NCBI GenBank assembly: GCA_904063045.1
Contig: CAJFCJ010000014.1
Span: 1,423,643 to 1,487,642, forward strand
Reading direction: 5' to 3'
Length of the DNA: 64,000 nucleotides
From: Dimorphilus gyrociliatus
Taxonomy: Eukaryota > Animalia > Annelida
Shown here piece after piece: positions 1-12,832 of this stretch. Position 1 is the stretch's first letter. The number at the start of each line of letters is the position of its first letter. The notes beneath the pieces are model-generated. The model had not been told where the DNA came from, did no database searches, and worked only from the letters and a program-made list of their open reading frames with translations. The position numbers and the translations under genes were made by a program.

Positions 1-552
1 CATCTTTTCATTACTGCGAAACCAATAATTTACTTGATCAATATGTCGATAAAAGATTATGTACGGAAGAAGAACAAGTGGCTCCCAAAAATCAAAGAAT
101 GGATTGACTCTCATGATCCTGGAGCAATGATTATTCCCGTAAGTGCAGCGATGGAGTTGGAATTGATGGATTTGGATGAAGAAGGCAAGAAAAAGTATCT
201 AGAGGAGAAGGGAGGGGTTACTTCTCAACTAGAAAAAATAATTGTGCAAGGCTATAAAGCCTTGCAACTAATGTACTTTTTCACTGCTGGTGAGGATGAA
301 GTCAAAGCTTGGACGATTCAAAAGAATACCAAGGCTCCTCAAGCGGCAGGAAAAATTCATACCGATTTCGAGAAGGGTTTCATTATGGCTGAGGTCATGA
401 AATTTGATGACTTCAAGGAATACAAAACCGAAGTTGGTGTTAAAGCCGCGGGGAAATATAAACAAAAGGGAAGAGATTATATCGTAGAAGATGGTGATAT
501 CATCTTTTTTAAATTTAACGCTGGATCCGGTTTAACTGATAAAAAAAAGTAA
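1..552 (+). CDS. OLA1: Obg-like ATPase 1, C-terminal part (5' end outside window)
   Basis: Frame is open from base 1 ([28 protein letters not shown]). Contains [36 protein letters not shown] and the TGS-domain end [14 protein letters not shown]. Confidence 0.97.
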   Translation, partial: HLFITAKPIIYLINMSIKDYVRKKNKWLPKIKEWIDSHDPGAMIIPVSAAMELELMDLDEEGKKKYLEEKGGVTSQLEKIIVQGYKALQLMYFFTAGEDEVKAWTIQKNTKAPQAAGKIHTDFEKGFIMAEVMKFDDFKEYKTEVGVKAAGKYKQKGRDYIVEDGDIIFFKFNAGSGLTDKKK

Positions 553-1208
553 ATCCCGCATTGAATACATATGCCAACTAAGTTAATTATTGAATAAAAA
601 TTTTACCAAAATATACTGACGTAAATAGTCATTATTAACTAATTAATTGTGCCGATTAGGGACACAACAAAGTTCCACTGATCCTATTATTCCTTTGAGA
701 ATTCGACTAGTCAAGATTTGATTAATTATCCTTCAAACAATATCTCGTTAGCAGGAAAATATGAGAGAAATTGCAGGACCGTCAGATGGCGTATTAAGGG
801 CTAAGAAAGAAATTTCCCTTACTTTCTCTAAATCATTCTGACTAGGAAGGAATCTGTCAAAGACGACGTATTTTTCATAGTCTTTCACGGTCTATGGTCC
901 TCTTTCGTTCTCTTGTCACTTGGTAAACCCTTGTTAAATATTTCAAAAGATAAATCCGGCGAAAAAAGATTTAATTAAAACAAGGAAAACGGGAAAGATG
1001 CAGTCAATTGTCTTAAATAATAAGATATTATCTGGCTGTTTTTAAAAGTTCTATTATGAATTTTCAACCGTGGCCCTTTTAACCATCTTGGAAAATAATT
1101 AGTCATTAATTACAATAAATTGGGCGCCACCTATTGGTGCGACAAACAGGCAGAGAAGCGCGATTGCAGATTCGAAGAGCAGGTTGACGGTTTTACGACA
1201 AACAGGTG

Positions 1209-3916
1209 ATGGCGTTTTGTAAACAGTTAACTTTTAGAAGAAGTCGCATAGTTATCTGCTTAGTATGTTTTTTATTATGCATTCAAGTATTGAATTTGGC
1301 ATTATTTCATCGTATGGATTCGAAGAAAACAAACAGTAGAACAGGAACGGATTTATTAAGGAATATATTAGAAACCATTTCTTCAAAAACTGTGATGGAT
1401 ACTAGTGGCTTATATCAAATCGTAAAGGATGTTATTAGTCGAAATCGTTCAGTTAGTTTGAAACAGAAATTGACTATAGTCACTCATTGTTCAGCTGACG
1501 ATTTACATTATATAATCGATTTAACAAGACATTGGAAAGGGGAAGTTTCTATATCAATTTTTGCCTTAGATGGAAAATTAGCGAATTTGGTTAGGAATCT
1601 AGTTAATATCTTCTATTGTTACAATATGGTAAATGTAAACTTTCATATTGTCTTCCCCTTACCCACAAGAACTGTTATTTTGACGGATGTTGATGAATTC
1701 TTCCCAAATTGCACTCTACCAGTTAGGCTGGAAAGGACAAGTCGATATTCTAAACTTCTTTATCCAACCAATTTACTCCGAAATGTCGCCTTATCTAGCG
1801 TGTCGTCGGAATTCTTTCTTATGATCGATGATTCGACCCTGCCAAATTCTGATTTGTACTCCCATTTTCGGTCAGAAATAGATAAGGGTTTCTTGTCTAA
1901 AACAGCCTATATCTTGCCTTCTTTTGAAGGAGACAAAAATTTAAATGTACCGACATCCAAGGCTGAATTAAATCGTCATTGGTTGGCCGGTCGAGTACGG
2001 CCTTATGGCGTTAGAAAATGTTGGGATTGGGAAAAACCGACTGACTATCAGAAGTGGAGAACGGCTAATAAATCTTACGAGGTCAATTGGCAGTCCATGT
2101 GGAGACCTTCTTTTATTGCTAGAAAGAGCGAGACTCCCAGGTTCGACGAGAGATTTTTTCAATATGGCTTTAATAGAATCAGTCAGGTAAGATATGTGAA
2201 AATTTGATTAGAATAAAGTGCCCTCTTCAAGAAAAAGGCACCTTAAGGGGTCTCAAACTCCTTATAACTACTTTTATCTGTTCTATATGCTTTATAGGTG
2301 TTAAATCAGATTGACGCTAGCGTTACCAATCAATAAGTTCTCTCTCCAAATATAAATTAGCTATTGTATAGTTACGTATATTTATATAATGTATACATGT
2401 ATACACACACTTGATATATTTCACATTAAGTAGTTACATTAGTTGTTACGTTTAGTTTCATTTTCCCATTAGTCTCTTAGCCACCAGGCCTATGTATATG
2501 AGGTACTTGTAAGCGGCCATCTCTAACATGCCGCTTGACATTAGCAACAACGCCTGAAACGTTTCAAAGTTATTATTTTGCGTTTTTTTTTGTAGTTGAA
2601 TCAGAAGAGCGTATCATGTGATATTATGAGAAAGAGACAGAGAGACAAAGACAGAAAAGAGATGGAAGAAAAGGGCGTAACAATTTAATAGATCTATAAA
2701 AAGCCTATTTATAAAATTTTCGAGTGTAGCAGTTGTTTTCACGAGAAAAAAAATCTGCAAACAACCTCTAGTTAATCAGAATTATCAATGAGATGATGTT
2801 CAATACTATTGCATAGTAATTAGGTAATTAGTATGCGCAGATCGGACAAATCAGTAATTAAATATACTTCATATTTATTCGTTTAGGAAAACTTATTGGA
2901 AAGCAGAAATATTCGATAATCAATTGAAATAAATGAATATTTAAATAAATTTAGATAAGATTTTCCATTTTTTGAAGCAGTATTCAAACTAACTTCGGTA
3001 TTATTGATTCCTCATGGGAATATTGGATACCAATCAGTCTGATTGCATATTTTCTTTCTTATATACATCACAAACAAATGGTGGAATAACAACAGCAAAT
3101 ACCATTAGGGTCATAAACAGTTTTTAATATTGGTAAATATGGAAAATTTATTAATGGAAGGGAAAAAAATTTATTCCAGACACGTAGTGAATATTAAACG
3201 CTATTTATACCGTAAACTGGAATGCCTTTAAGCAGACGACATATGGATGAGAATTCTTTTCCCGCCAATTTCTTTAAATTGGATTGTTTCTCTATTTTCG
3301 AACATTTTATAAGAGTTAAAAGTTTCTGGTATATCATTACTTCTTTAGGATTATTTCTTATATGAATGACAAAAAAAGACAAACTTATTTCCCAGGATAG
3401 AAAACAGTCGGCTGTCCGTCTCCAATTAAGAGCAGCATTTGACATGAAGAGATGCAAAGCCTCATTATGCAGTGGACTGTGCTCGGCTCTTTTTCCCCAT
3501 TCTCTTCTCTTTCTCTCCGCCCTATTCCCTTTACTTAGAATACTGCAAATTTCATTATGCAAATTCTCTTTACGATTTTCGTTTAAATGTAACAATAGGC
3601 TATCAGCTTTTAACGGTTGTTATAAACTGATTCGGTTGGGTAACGCTAAATTCAGTGATTCGTAAACTTCACTACACCGTAACCATAATACGATGAATTT
3701 GTTCATTGGACCGTTTTTTTTCAGGTATGCGAGATGTACGTGGCGGGATTCCGTTTCATCGTACATTCTAAGCTATTCCTTATAAGAAGAGGATTTACTA
3801 GTTCGAATAGTTTGACAAACATGGAAAAGGTTCAATATAAACGAAATGAGAGATTATACAGATTATTCAAGGAAGAATTGCAAAAACGGTATCGACAATC
3901 CAACAGGCGTTGCTAA
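1209..3916 (+). CDS. B4GAT1: B4GAT1/LARGE-like GT49 glycosyltransferase-fold type II membrane protein with degenerate catalytic motifs
   Basis: Exons 1209-2186 and 3725-3916; 1538-nt GT-AG intron joins FNRISQ|VCEMYVAGF. Has an N-terminal TM anchor, YPTNLLRNVA, WRPSFI and PRFDERFFQYGFNRISQ. The DxD position reads IDDS. Confidence 0.8.
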
Positions 3917-4732
3917 TACATCACAGTATACGTCATTATTCTGCACTTCATCAAAATCCCATTCCGCTCGCCAAATAAAGGGGTGAGCCGCACGAAAACG
4001 TGCTGTATAACAAAGGCAAAAGACGAGAGAGTTGCCGAATGATCCGAGTCAGTCTAATGTCATTGAACAGGGAGCACGACGAACAACTTTGAAGAAAGAA
4101 TGAGATATTATATATTTGATACACTATAATATATTCCATAGAAGAAACCATGTCATCTTATCCCGTCTCAAATGCATGACGTTTACGAATAAGTCGGCCG
4201 TTTGTTGACGTCGTGCACCTGCTGCTATTGGGGGGGCGTCTTTTCCTGGCCTCCTTTCTAATAAGAAATCAACAATACAATTAATAGGAAAAAAAGGAAT
4301 ATAAACAAAGAGAACGGAAATAAAATACGATTTATTCTTTTCTGATAATATCGTTTTCTATTATTCCTCATTAACTACAAAGTAGAAGGATAGTAACGCT
4401 CGTCGTAAAATCGACACGTCTATAGTAGTATAAGTTAATTCTCAGATTACGATATTCCCTAGCCCAATCAATAAAAAAAATCAGACTTTTTTCGTTTTTT
4501 TTTCTCTTTGGCATAGAGCTCGTCCTCCTTTCTTACTACAAACATATCATCATAATAATAGCGTCACCTACTCGTCTTTTATAAATAACCTACCCTTTCC
4601 TTGTATTTTTCAATTTCAAATAATACATGTTTCCCTTAACAACCAACTATAATGCTCGGGTTTTTTTTTACCCTTTTTCTTTTTATATAAGAAAAGTAAT
4701 TTTCTCTTTTTCTTTCCTTACCCCGTCCGTTT

Positions 4733-4736
<4 letters not shown>

Positions 4737-4769
<33 letters not shown>
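4737..4769. repeat. (TC)n microsatellite in a pyrimidine-rich tract
   Basis: About 16 perfect TC units, read directly. Confidence 0.95.
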
Positions 4770-4773
<4 letters not shown>

Positions 4774-6110
4774 CTTTCTTTCTTTCCCTTCTTCCTTTAT
4801 TCTCTCATATCTCTCTCGTTTAATTAATATTCGTTTGCTACATTTCCAATAAGAAGACAGTCAAGAAGATGGTAAGCTGATTTGGCACAAAAAAAAGATT
4901 AAAAAAATTGGAAAAAAGGAAGAGAAAGAGATGCCTGACCTTAACGGAGCAGTTAATCGTCAAGATTAGAAGAAGACAATTGCTTTTGGTAAATATGCAA
5001 AAGCAATTAGCATTCTAGGGGAACTAGGCTGGTATATGATGTAATACTCTACTCACTGTCTATACGGACATACAAACTGCCGATTTTGTAAATATATATG
5101 GAGTATTAAGAAAAAAATACTGCTTCCTCAGGTTACTTCCGTTTCCGGAAGAGAGATCGCCCAAGCATTTGTATAGCTTCTTCTTCTTTTTAGAGAATAT
5201 AATAAAAGTATACAGCTTAGGAAACGGAACGCAATAAGGGCTATGAGTCGGTACTCGTACTTTAGGCCTCATAACAGTTTGTCCCTACAAACAAATCAAT
5301 TTGAATTACTCTTCAACCTTCAACTTTTCCCTAATTTTCAAATTTAATTAATAATTTGTTTAAAAATAAAGAAATTAATAATTTACTTGATCAATTAATT
5401 AAATATATAAATAATAAAATAATAAATAAAAATAGACTTAATCCTCTTTACCACTTTCTCTTCTGTTTTTATCTTATTTTAAATTCTTTTTCTTTTTCTT
5501 CTTCTGCGTCTTCGTGTCTTTTTTCTTTCCTTCAAAGATAGATAATCCCAAATTATAGGCCTACTCGGTATCGAAATTACCTTATCTTAAGGATAAATTC
5601 GCATCTGTGTCACGCAATCAATTAGACTTTTGACATTCGCCTACCTCCTCTCTTGCATACGTATATGAATACCTTTTACATAGAATATCTTTTTGTTTAA
5701 TCCGTCAGATTAACGGATGTACTACATTTTTGTCAATTGAACCTAATCCATTTTAATAGCTAATTTGACTACTTTTTAATATCCACTCTCATTTTGTCTA
5801 TATTTAGAGACTCACTTAAGATTTTTTACGTACATAGATTTAGCGACATCTAGTGGATATTTGAGAAAAACTTTTGATAGGACAAACATATTTTTATTTC
5901 TATTGTAAAATTATATAGTTCTCATTTTTTTGTTATAGCATTATAATTGCATTCATTTACAGGGATTTATATAAAGTTTTAGTTTGCTTTATATGCGATA
6001 GATGGCAGTTTTTAAAGAGAGCACTTTCTTAGCATCTCAACAATAAAGTAATACACAACAGTAGGGTTAGATAAAAAGCTTCTATTTCAGTGAAATACTA
6101 AAGATAGATA

Positions 6111-6113
<3 letters not shown>

Positions 6114-6172
<59 letters not shown>
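6114..6172. repeat. (AT)n microsatellite
   Basis: About 29 perfect AT units, followed by the palindrome TACTGTATATACAGTA (6175-6190). Confidence 0.97.
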
Positions 6173-6176
<4 letters not shown>

Positions 6177-6474
6177 CTGTATATACAGTATATATATATA
6201 ATATTGTAAACATCAAAGGCGCCACCTTCGTTTGCTCGTAGGCCACAAAAATTGTTTTGGAAGTTGTTTTTGGAAAAAGGGAAAGTTTATTCTATAAAAA
6301 CATTGTTCTACAAACAATTACGCTTAGATAGAATACTTCTAAGAACATATGTAGACTTAAAACAGCCTTTTGAATTCTATAGTCTAACGAAGGAAATAGG
6401 TAGACGTTTCTTGTGCGTTTTAGGAAGAAAGGTCAAGAGTAGGTCATATCTCTGCTAATAATTCATTACTATTA

Positions 6475-7321
6475 TTATAAAAATGCTGGCAGATGGGCGG
6501 ATCTTATTCGGTATAAATCAATGGGTCTGCCGTATTCTGGAGCCGATATTCCCTCCAGATTATCCAATCTACATTTTTCCCTAGCGTATGAAACTAATTG
6601 CTTCATAAAGCCTTCGTTACATAAAAGTAATCGACGTTTGTCCTTCAGCGATCTAGTCGCTTCAAATAGGGTGAAACCTTGTGATATTAAGTAGGACAAG
6701 GCTAAAACTCCGGATCGACTCACTCCAGGGCATGCTATTAGTACCCTATGACCCAATGTTCTGGCTTCGTTGATAAAACGGTGAGCCATTTCGAAATAAT
6801 GCCGTACCATGAACTCCTCATCGTCTTCAATCGGAATAATATTATATTCAATATCAACTGGCTTTTTTCATTATTTTAAAGAACGAATGAAATAATTACT
6901 GCTACAAAACTACCGCTAGAGTAGGATTATATTTTGGTTTTTTTCCCCACCTGTTTACCTATTAATTCACAAGGAAACAAGGATCTTAAGCTCTTTATAT
7001 ATAAATTGCTAGATTATAATTTAAATTTTAATAACCATTCATTCGTACTTTAAACATATCATCAATTCGTCTTCTTCGTATTGGCGAGACGTTTTCGCAT
7101 ATGATTATTCTTTCCATTCTATAAGCTTTCATCATTGGTATATTCTCCGCATCAGCCAGTGAACCAAGAAACACGTTACCAACAACAATAGATGGTTCAG
7201 GAGGTACGCCAAATGTGGGCGGAGCTGAGAGAATATTTTTCAATTTCTTTAAGTAATCATTTTCCGTAGGATCCCTGTCCCTTTGCTCAACTTCGAAGGT
7301 CTTTCTAATGTAGTAATCCAT
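6475..7321 (-). CDS. Atypical dual-specificity phosphatase-like protein with a shortened P-loop
   Basis: Exons 7321-7049 and 6861-6475 (GTACGA...AAAG intron, phase 0). DSP hallmarks: PSIVVGNVFLGSL, IPIEDD, FINEA, VLIACPGVSRS, SYL, NEGFMKQL. Confidence 0.85.
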
Positions 7322-7923
7322 CGTTGTTGATTAGGCAGTGCTCTCTCAACGTATAAAAATAGATGAATACAAGCACTCTGCAAAGTCACACTAGGCCTAA
7401 TTCTTCTGACTTAGAATCAAATAGGTTTTTTATCGAAAAATTTATTTGTTATTTTAATCCAATAAGTTTAAAAAAAATGACAAAAAAATGATTTTATTCG
7501 TGCAGAAATATGACAATTATTTGCAAAAAATTCTACTTTTATTCACATTTTCCTTTGTAAATTTTTACGACGATAAACTGATAATCATATTATAGTTATT
7601 ATGGAAAAACAAGAGTTTCCTAATGTACTATCATATTCTTCACAAATGAATTAAGAGAATTAATTACGTAATTAACAACAAAGGGAAGGGTAAATATTGG
7701 AAGTCAATAAAAATGCAGCAACAATGTTACATCTTTAAACATTCTCGTATCCACTAAGATTTGCTAATAATCCAACCTGTATCAATTAACAAATAATTAC
7801 TTGTGATCTTTATACTAAATCAATGTTAATTACAAGTTACTGATAATCGACCGAGTATATCATGTTGTTTGTAAGCTTTAATTATGATAGACTAATCATT
7901 TTTTATATTGGGAGGAATATTAG

Positions 7924-10900
7924 CTAGGAATTCTTAGAATAAATCTTTATGGTTAACTCACTTTTTGGATTAAAACATCTCCACTGAGGGCACAGTGTAT
8001 GAGGACATAGCCTCTGGAAAGTACTTGTTTTTGATTTCTCATCGTCATATCCATTTTTTCTTTTGTTCCTGGTTATAAAGTCTTTGTCTGACTTTAAACT
8101 ATCAATTTGAACTCGACTTAAGGGCAAAATTTCTTTTGAATTGCTATTACTTTTAACTCTCTCTCGATTATGTAATGATTGCAATTTCAAATCAGTCATA
8201 GCCCCTTCCAAAGCCTCTATTATTCGACAAGTTGACCAGTAATCTTCTATTTGCGTAGAACTCTGACAATGTTCTACTATGCCCTCTAGGCCTAAACTTA
8301 AAGCCAAATTAACGTCTCTGATAATTTTTCCAAGTTGAGAAATATTCGTCTCAAAAGTAGTTGGTACTGCTTTCTTGAAAATTTGATCGCCTCCAGCGTG
8401 TTTAGTTGGAATTTTATTATCAAATAAGCAATCTCTTACACCACTCAGCATATGCGCTTTAGCAAAATTAGTTGGCCTAGGACAAGACCATCCTCGACCT
8501 TCAACATATCTGCTAACAAAACTTGATTAAACAAAAGACCTTGCCCAAAGATAAAAATACCCACCTCATTACTATATTATTTAATTTTAAATTGTTGATA
8601 ATGATAAGTTTTCTATGTAATCTTTGAAGTATTTTCGTTAGTTTGAGAAGTATCTTCACCCATCTCCAATCTTCTAGTATCTTGTCACCTCTCTCTTCCC
8701 TTGAGATAACTTCTTGAAGAAGAATTCTGTCAAGAGTGGCTACCTCAAAATTGTCTGGATCACCGATCAACGCCGTGACAATACCTATTGGAAGGTACTC
8801 ATCAGAGTAACTCATACTAACAAAGCCCATAAGAGTTGGTCCAGCATAGGGTACATTCCTATTAACGTAATCTAATACCGTTGCTTCTTTAACTAGATCA
8901 ATTGCGGTTAGGCCTTTACCTTGATTGTTTCTGTACAATTTTACAACAACTCCCAACTTTCCATCGCTATTTCGGCATTTCATGGGTGCATGTTCACCGG
9001 AGAACTCATCCATTTCTTTGATCAAACTTTCGTCCATATATCCTCCAATATAAATTGCATTTTTACCCATCCCAATCAGAACTCTAATGATAAACATTTC
9101 AAATTTTCGGATTATTCAAAAAAGCTTTTAAAATTACGTTTTACTTACTTATTGCCTGTAAGTTTGTCGTTGGGTAATTCTAATGTATTTGGATCGATAA
9201 ATTCCAGGGAGGAAAGTGTTCTCTCCAGTCCGTCCACGTTTCTCGGTTTATTGGTCGTTTGTTCCCAATGTTTACAATAGATCATTTTTAAGGAGTGCAT
9301 TCCAGTCATTATCGTCTCACCCCTTTTCGGAACGGGAACAGCAAATGCAAAATCAGCTACTGGCATGTGAAATTTTCCTCTAGTTAGGCCTTCATAGCGA
9401 CATTGTATCATAAGATTCTCGATAAATATCTTTCTGTCTTCTTCTCGTTTTTTAATTGCGTTCTGGTCTGAAATTATTGGATGTCGTTTTGCCTCTGCCC
9501 ATGCCCTTTCCTCAATACATTTCTCTATATTTTGATTAGCCTTTTCATCATGCGATGGTGTAGTTTTAGAGAAGTTATTGAATAATTTAGAAGCGGACAC
9601 TTTAGGATCAGATTTCACCCATTTGGAAGAGAACTGTGAAGCTTTACTAGCCACCTTATTCAAGATTGTAGTATAAACATCGCTATCGTTTCCATTTCCT
9701 CCATTTGTTGTCATCCCGTATAGATTTTTCGATTGGGACCTAAGATCCTTTAGATATTTAATTTTGTTCCTAAATTTTCCATCGGCATTCGAATATTCCC
9801 TCTTTAGCTGTTTGGTTTCGTCAAATATATTAATCAGCTCATCTTCATCCTCCAGCATTTGTTCAAGTTCTCTTTGGATGATTTGAAATGGCCTTGAGCT
9901 TTTTAATAACAAATTTTCATCAGCCATAATAAACCAAGGATCATCCAAGTCAAAAGGCGGCTTAACTGTGGAATAATTTTTTTGGATAAAAAATGGTATT
10001 AAACGACGATTTCTTTTGCGGTAACGGTAATTTATCTTCCGCTCATTTGAATCTAGTGAACTTTCTTCCGCTTCTTTCTGGAAATTGAATTTTTCTTTTG
10101 GTTTCTTGACCACTTTCTCGGTCGATTTCCCATTTTGTACGAAGAATGAATTTTCTTGTTTAAACTGTGAGCCGTACTCCTCAAATTCTCGCTCTCTTTT
10201 AAAGGTCTCAACAAGAGCAGATCCTTTTCTCTTTTTATCATCTTCCTCTATGTTTTCTTCATCTTCTTCAGGTGTGTCTTTATTGTCCTTTTTTCTTTTC
10301 TTTTCTTCATCATCTTCGCTTCTGGTTTCGCTTCTTTCCGGAGTATTTTGAGCGACAGGTTCCGGAGAAGACTCTCTCTTTTGTTCTACTTGTATCGTTG
10401 GGATAACTGCTACCGGCTCTGCAGGAGTAGATAAATGTTGCAAGTTCACCCTATCCTCTGGAACGCTGTCTCGCGGTAACTCAGGTGGACTAGGTGGGGA
10501 ATTTGAGCGGGCTGGTTGCGTTTGTCTTTCTTGAGGAATCATCTGAGGCGGAACATAGTATGCCTGTTTGTATCGAGGGTCGGAAGAAGTATTCGTTTGC
10601 ATTTTGTCTCTTGCCATGTTAGGAGGCATCTTTTGCATCATGGGAGCGCTGCTCCTAGTAGTATTTTGCGATTTGGAATAATCACCACCTATGGAGGCCG
10701 GTGCGTTTCTTCTCTTGTTTTCTAGTTAGTAAAAAAGAGCCAATTAACACGGTAAACATACGCCTCGATGTTAAATATTCAAATATACTAAACTATTTGA
10801 CCCTCCTAAGCAACCACAGCAGTCATTTTCCAGTTGCTGGTGAATGCTAGTCTTGCTTTTAATGTGAGATTTACTTTTATGCTTACTCTTTGATTTGCTC

Positions 10901-11178
10901 ACTGACGATTTGGATTTAGATTTCTTATGGGAAGATTTTGAGCTCCCCTTGTTACTACCACTTTTAGATTTCGACTTATGCACACTCTTATGACTACTCT
11001 TCTTCCCCTCTTTTCGTGATTTTTTAAGTACAAGAGAACTTGTTGAACTTAATCTTCTTCTTTGTATTTTCCAACTCCTTCCAATACTCTTAGATCGTTG
11101 TTTTTTTTCATTTTCTCCACAAAAATCATTCAATTTACTTTCCATTGATTTTGTTTCATTAATTTTCATATTTTTCAA
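7924..11178 (-). CDS. ~1020-aa protein with K/S/H-rich and acidic low-complexity N-terminus and C-terminal protein-kinase-like (pseudokinase) domain
   Basis: Exons 11178-10794, 10721-9149, 9083-8565 and 8509-7924 total 3063 nt in one frame. Kinase landmarks: LIGMGKNAIY, VVVKL, KEATVL, IIINNLKLNNIV, PTNFAKA. The first exon junction is the least certain. Confidence 0.75.
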
Positions 11179-12832
11179 TTTTTTTTCTCCTAAAACAATT
11201 TCATGGAGTCAAAGGGTTACGTAAAAAAAAGCGGACTACTATATATAAATCATAAAACTTACTTTTTAATTATTTCTTTACTATTAATAATTTGTATGCT
11301 ATTTTTTTTATTATTATTTAGTTTTCTTCATTCTCTTTTAAATTTGATGAACAATTTTATGATGTCATCAATTATTAACCGAATAAACATTTATATTAAT
11401 TTTTATAATTTGGTGCTATTTAGATTTCAATTACGAAATATCTTATTCCTAATTTATTATTTCAATATACAATTATTAATTGTTTACATATGTAATAAAT
11501 ATAGATGGTATAATTATTAAAAATTATAGAACGGAATAGTTTTACTTGTTACATAAAGATAAATAGAGAATGTTAAGGTTTAACTAGTTGAATTTTATCA
11601 AATTAATTCTTTATGAAGGATCGTTTAAATCTTCTCAACTTACCCTTTGAATTATAACTTACACGAATCGTCCATTAAAATCGTTTTATTTTCACTCGTA
11701 TCTACTTCTTTTAGATTTGATATTTTTTAATTATTTATAATTTATATACTTTGTTAAAATATCATGTTATTAAGGAGAAAATTCTTGGAGTGTGTTCTTT
11801 CAAAAAAAAAGAAACATTCTACGACAGAGAACGTTACTCATAGAATACTCCGGTTCCTTCATATCGAAAACCATACAGTTACTAAATACTAAATTATAGA
11901 TTATAGGGAATTAAAATTATATAATTCAGTTATGTATGACAATTAATTTCAATTAAGAAATCTAATATTACCTATATATTAATATATTGTTTCAAATTTT
12001 GCGGCAAACCGGAAATTGTTAAGGTCATTTTCGTATTCTGACTTTATCTTTATATGTACATATATAACTCAATTGTAACAGTAAATTTATATAGTTCATA
12101 TTCACATCGTTGAAATATACTTGAATTTTTCATATATGGCTATTCGCCATTTTAACATAGTATAGTTCCGGTTCAAGGTTAAGATACTTTATAAATATTT
12201 GTTTGATTCTTCTTTCGGAAAAGCATAAGTAATAGGTTTGCTGAAAACTAATAGTAAGAGAAATAGTAGAGCTTTTTAATAAAATATTGTCATTATTCTA
12301 ACTTTTTCTAACGATGAAAAAACAATCACTTATTAAAATTCTAGGTTTCCATGCTTTAGTACTATAACTGTAATATAATATTTAAACTTGAATAGAACGT
12401 AGACAGTCCTAAATGAACAGATCTTCAATCTTTTCGCAGGATCGCTTTATTTCATTTTAAAATATTAACAATTCCCCCTCAGCTAACTTAAACATTTTGC
12501 AAAAGCTTAGAACCCTATTGAAGGGGCTTAATTTAACAACTTTACAATTAGGAAGGCTTTAGTTTTAAAAATGCCCAAGGTCATTTATGAATTATTCTCT
12601 TAAAAGATAATATAAAAAAGACTTGTTATACTTTTTTGTTATTAATGAATGAGAGAGAAAATCTAATTTTTTTTTATCATTGTGTGCACCGAAGCTGAAA
12701 AGGTCTAATTTAGGTTTCAAGATCATCTTTATTCCTTTTACAAGATGCTTGATCAATTCTTATAAGAATATATCAGTCATGCAGTTTATTACTTGCTTTA
12801 CATTATTACGTTTATTTATTATATAGGAAAAA

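Noticed and set aside
5134-5160. YFRFRKR neuropeptide-like motif
   Set aside because: No amidation Gly, no signal peptide or precursor ORF, and single copy.
11203-11520. 105-aa plus-strand ORF
   Set aside because: Extremely AT-rich, I/L/F/N/Y-biased chance ORF in the pseudokinase upstream region.
12136-12603. Possible MAGDIS-type uORF upstream of AMD1 (MAIRHFNIV* at 12136, MPKVIYELFS* at 12571)
   Set aside because: No similarity to MAGDIS or PS* peptides. One probably lies upstream of the TSS and the other in the predicted 5' intron.
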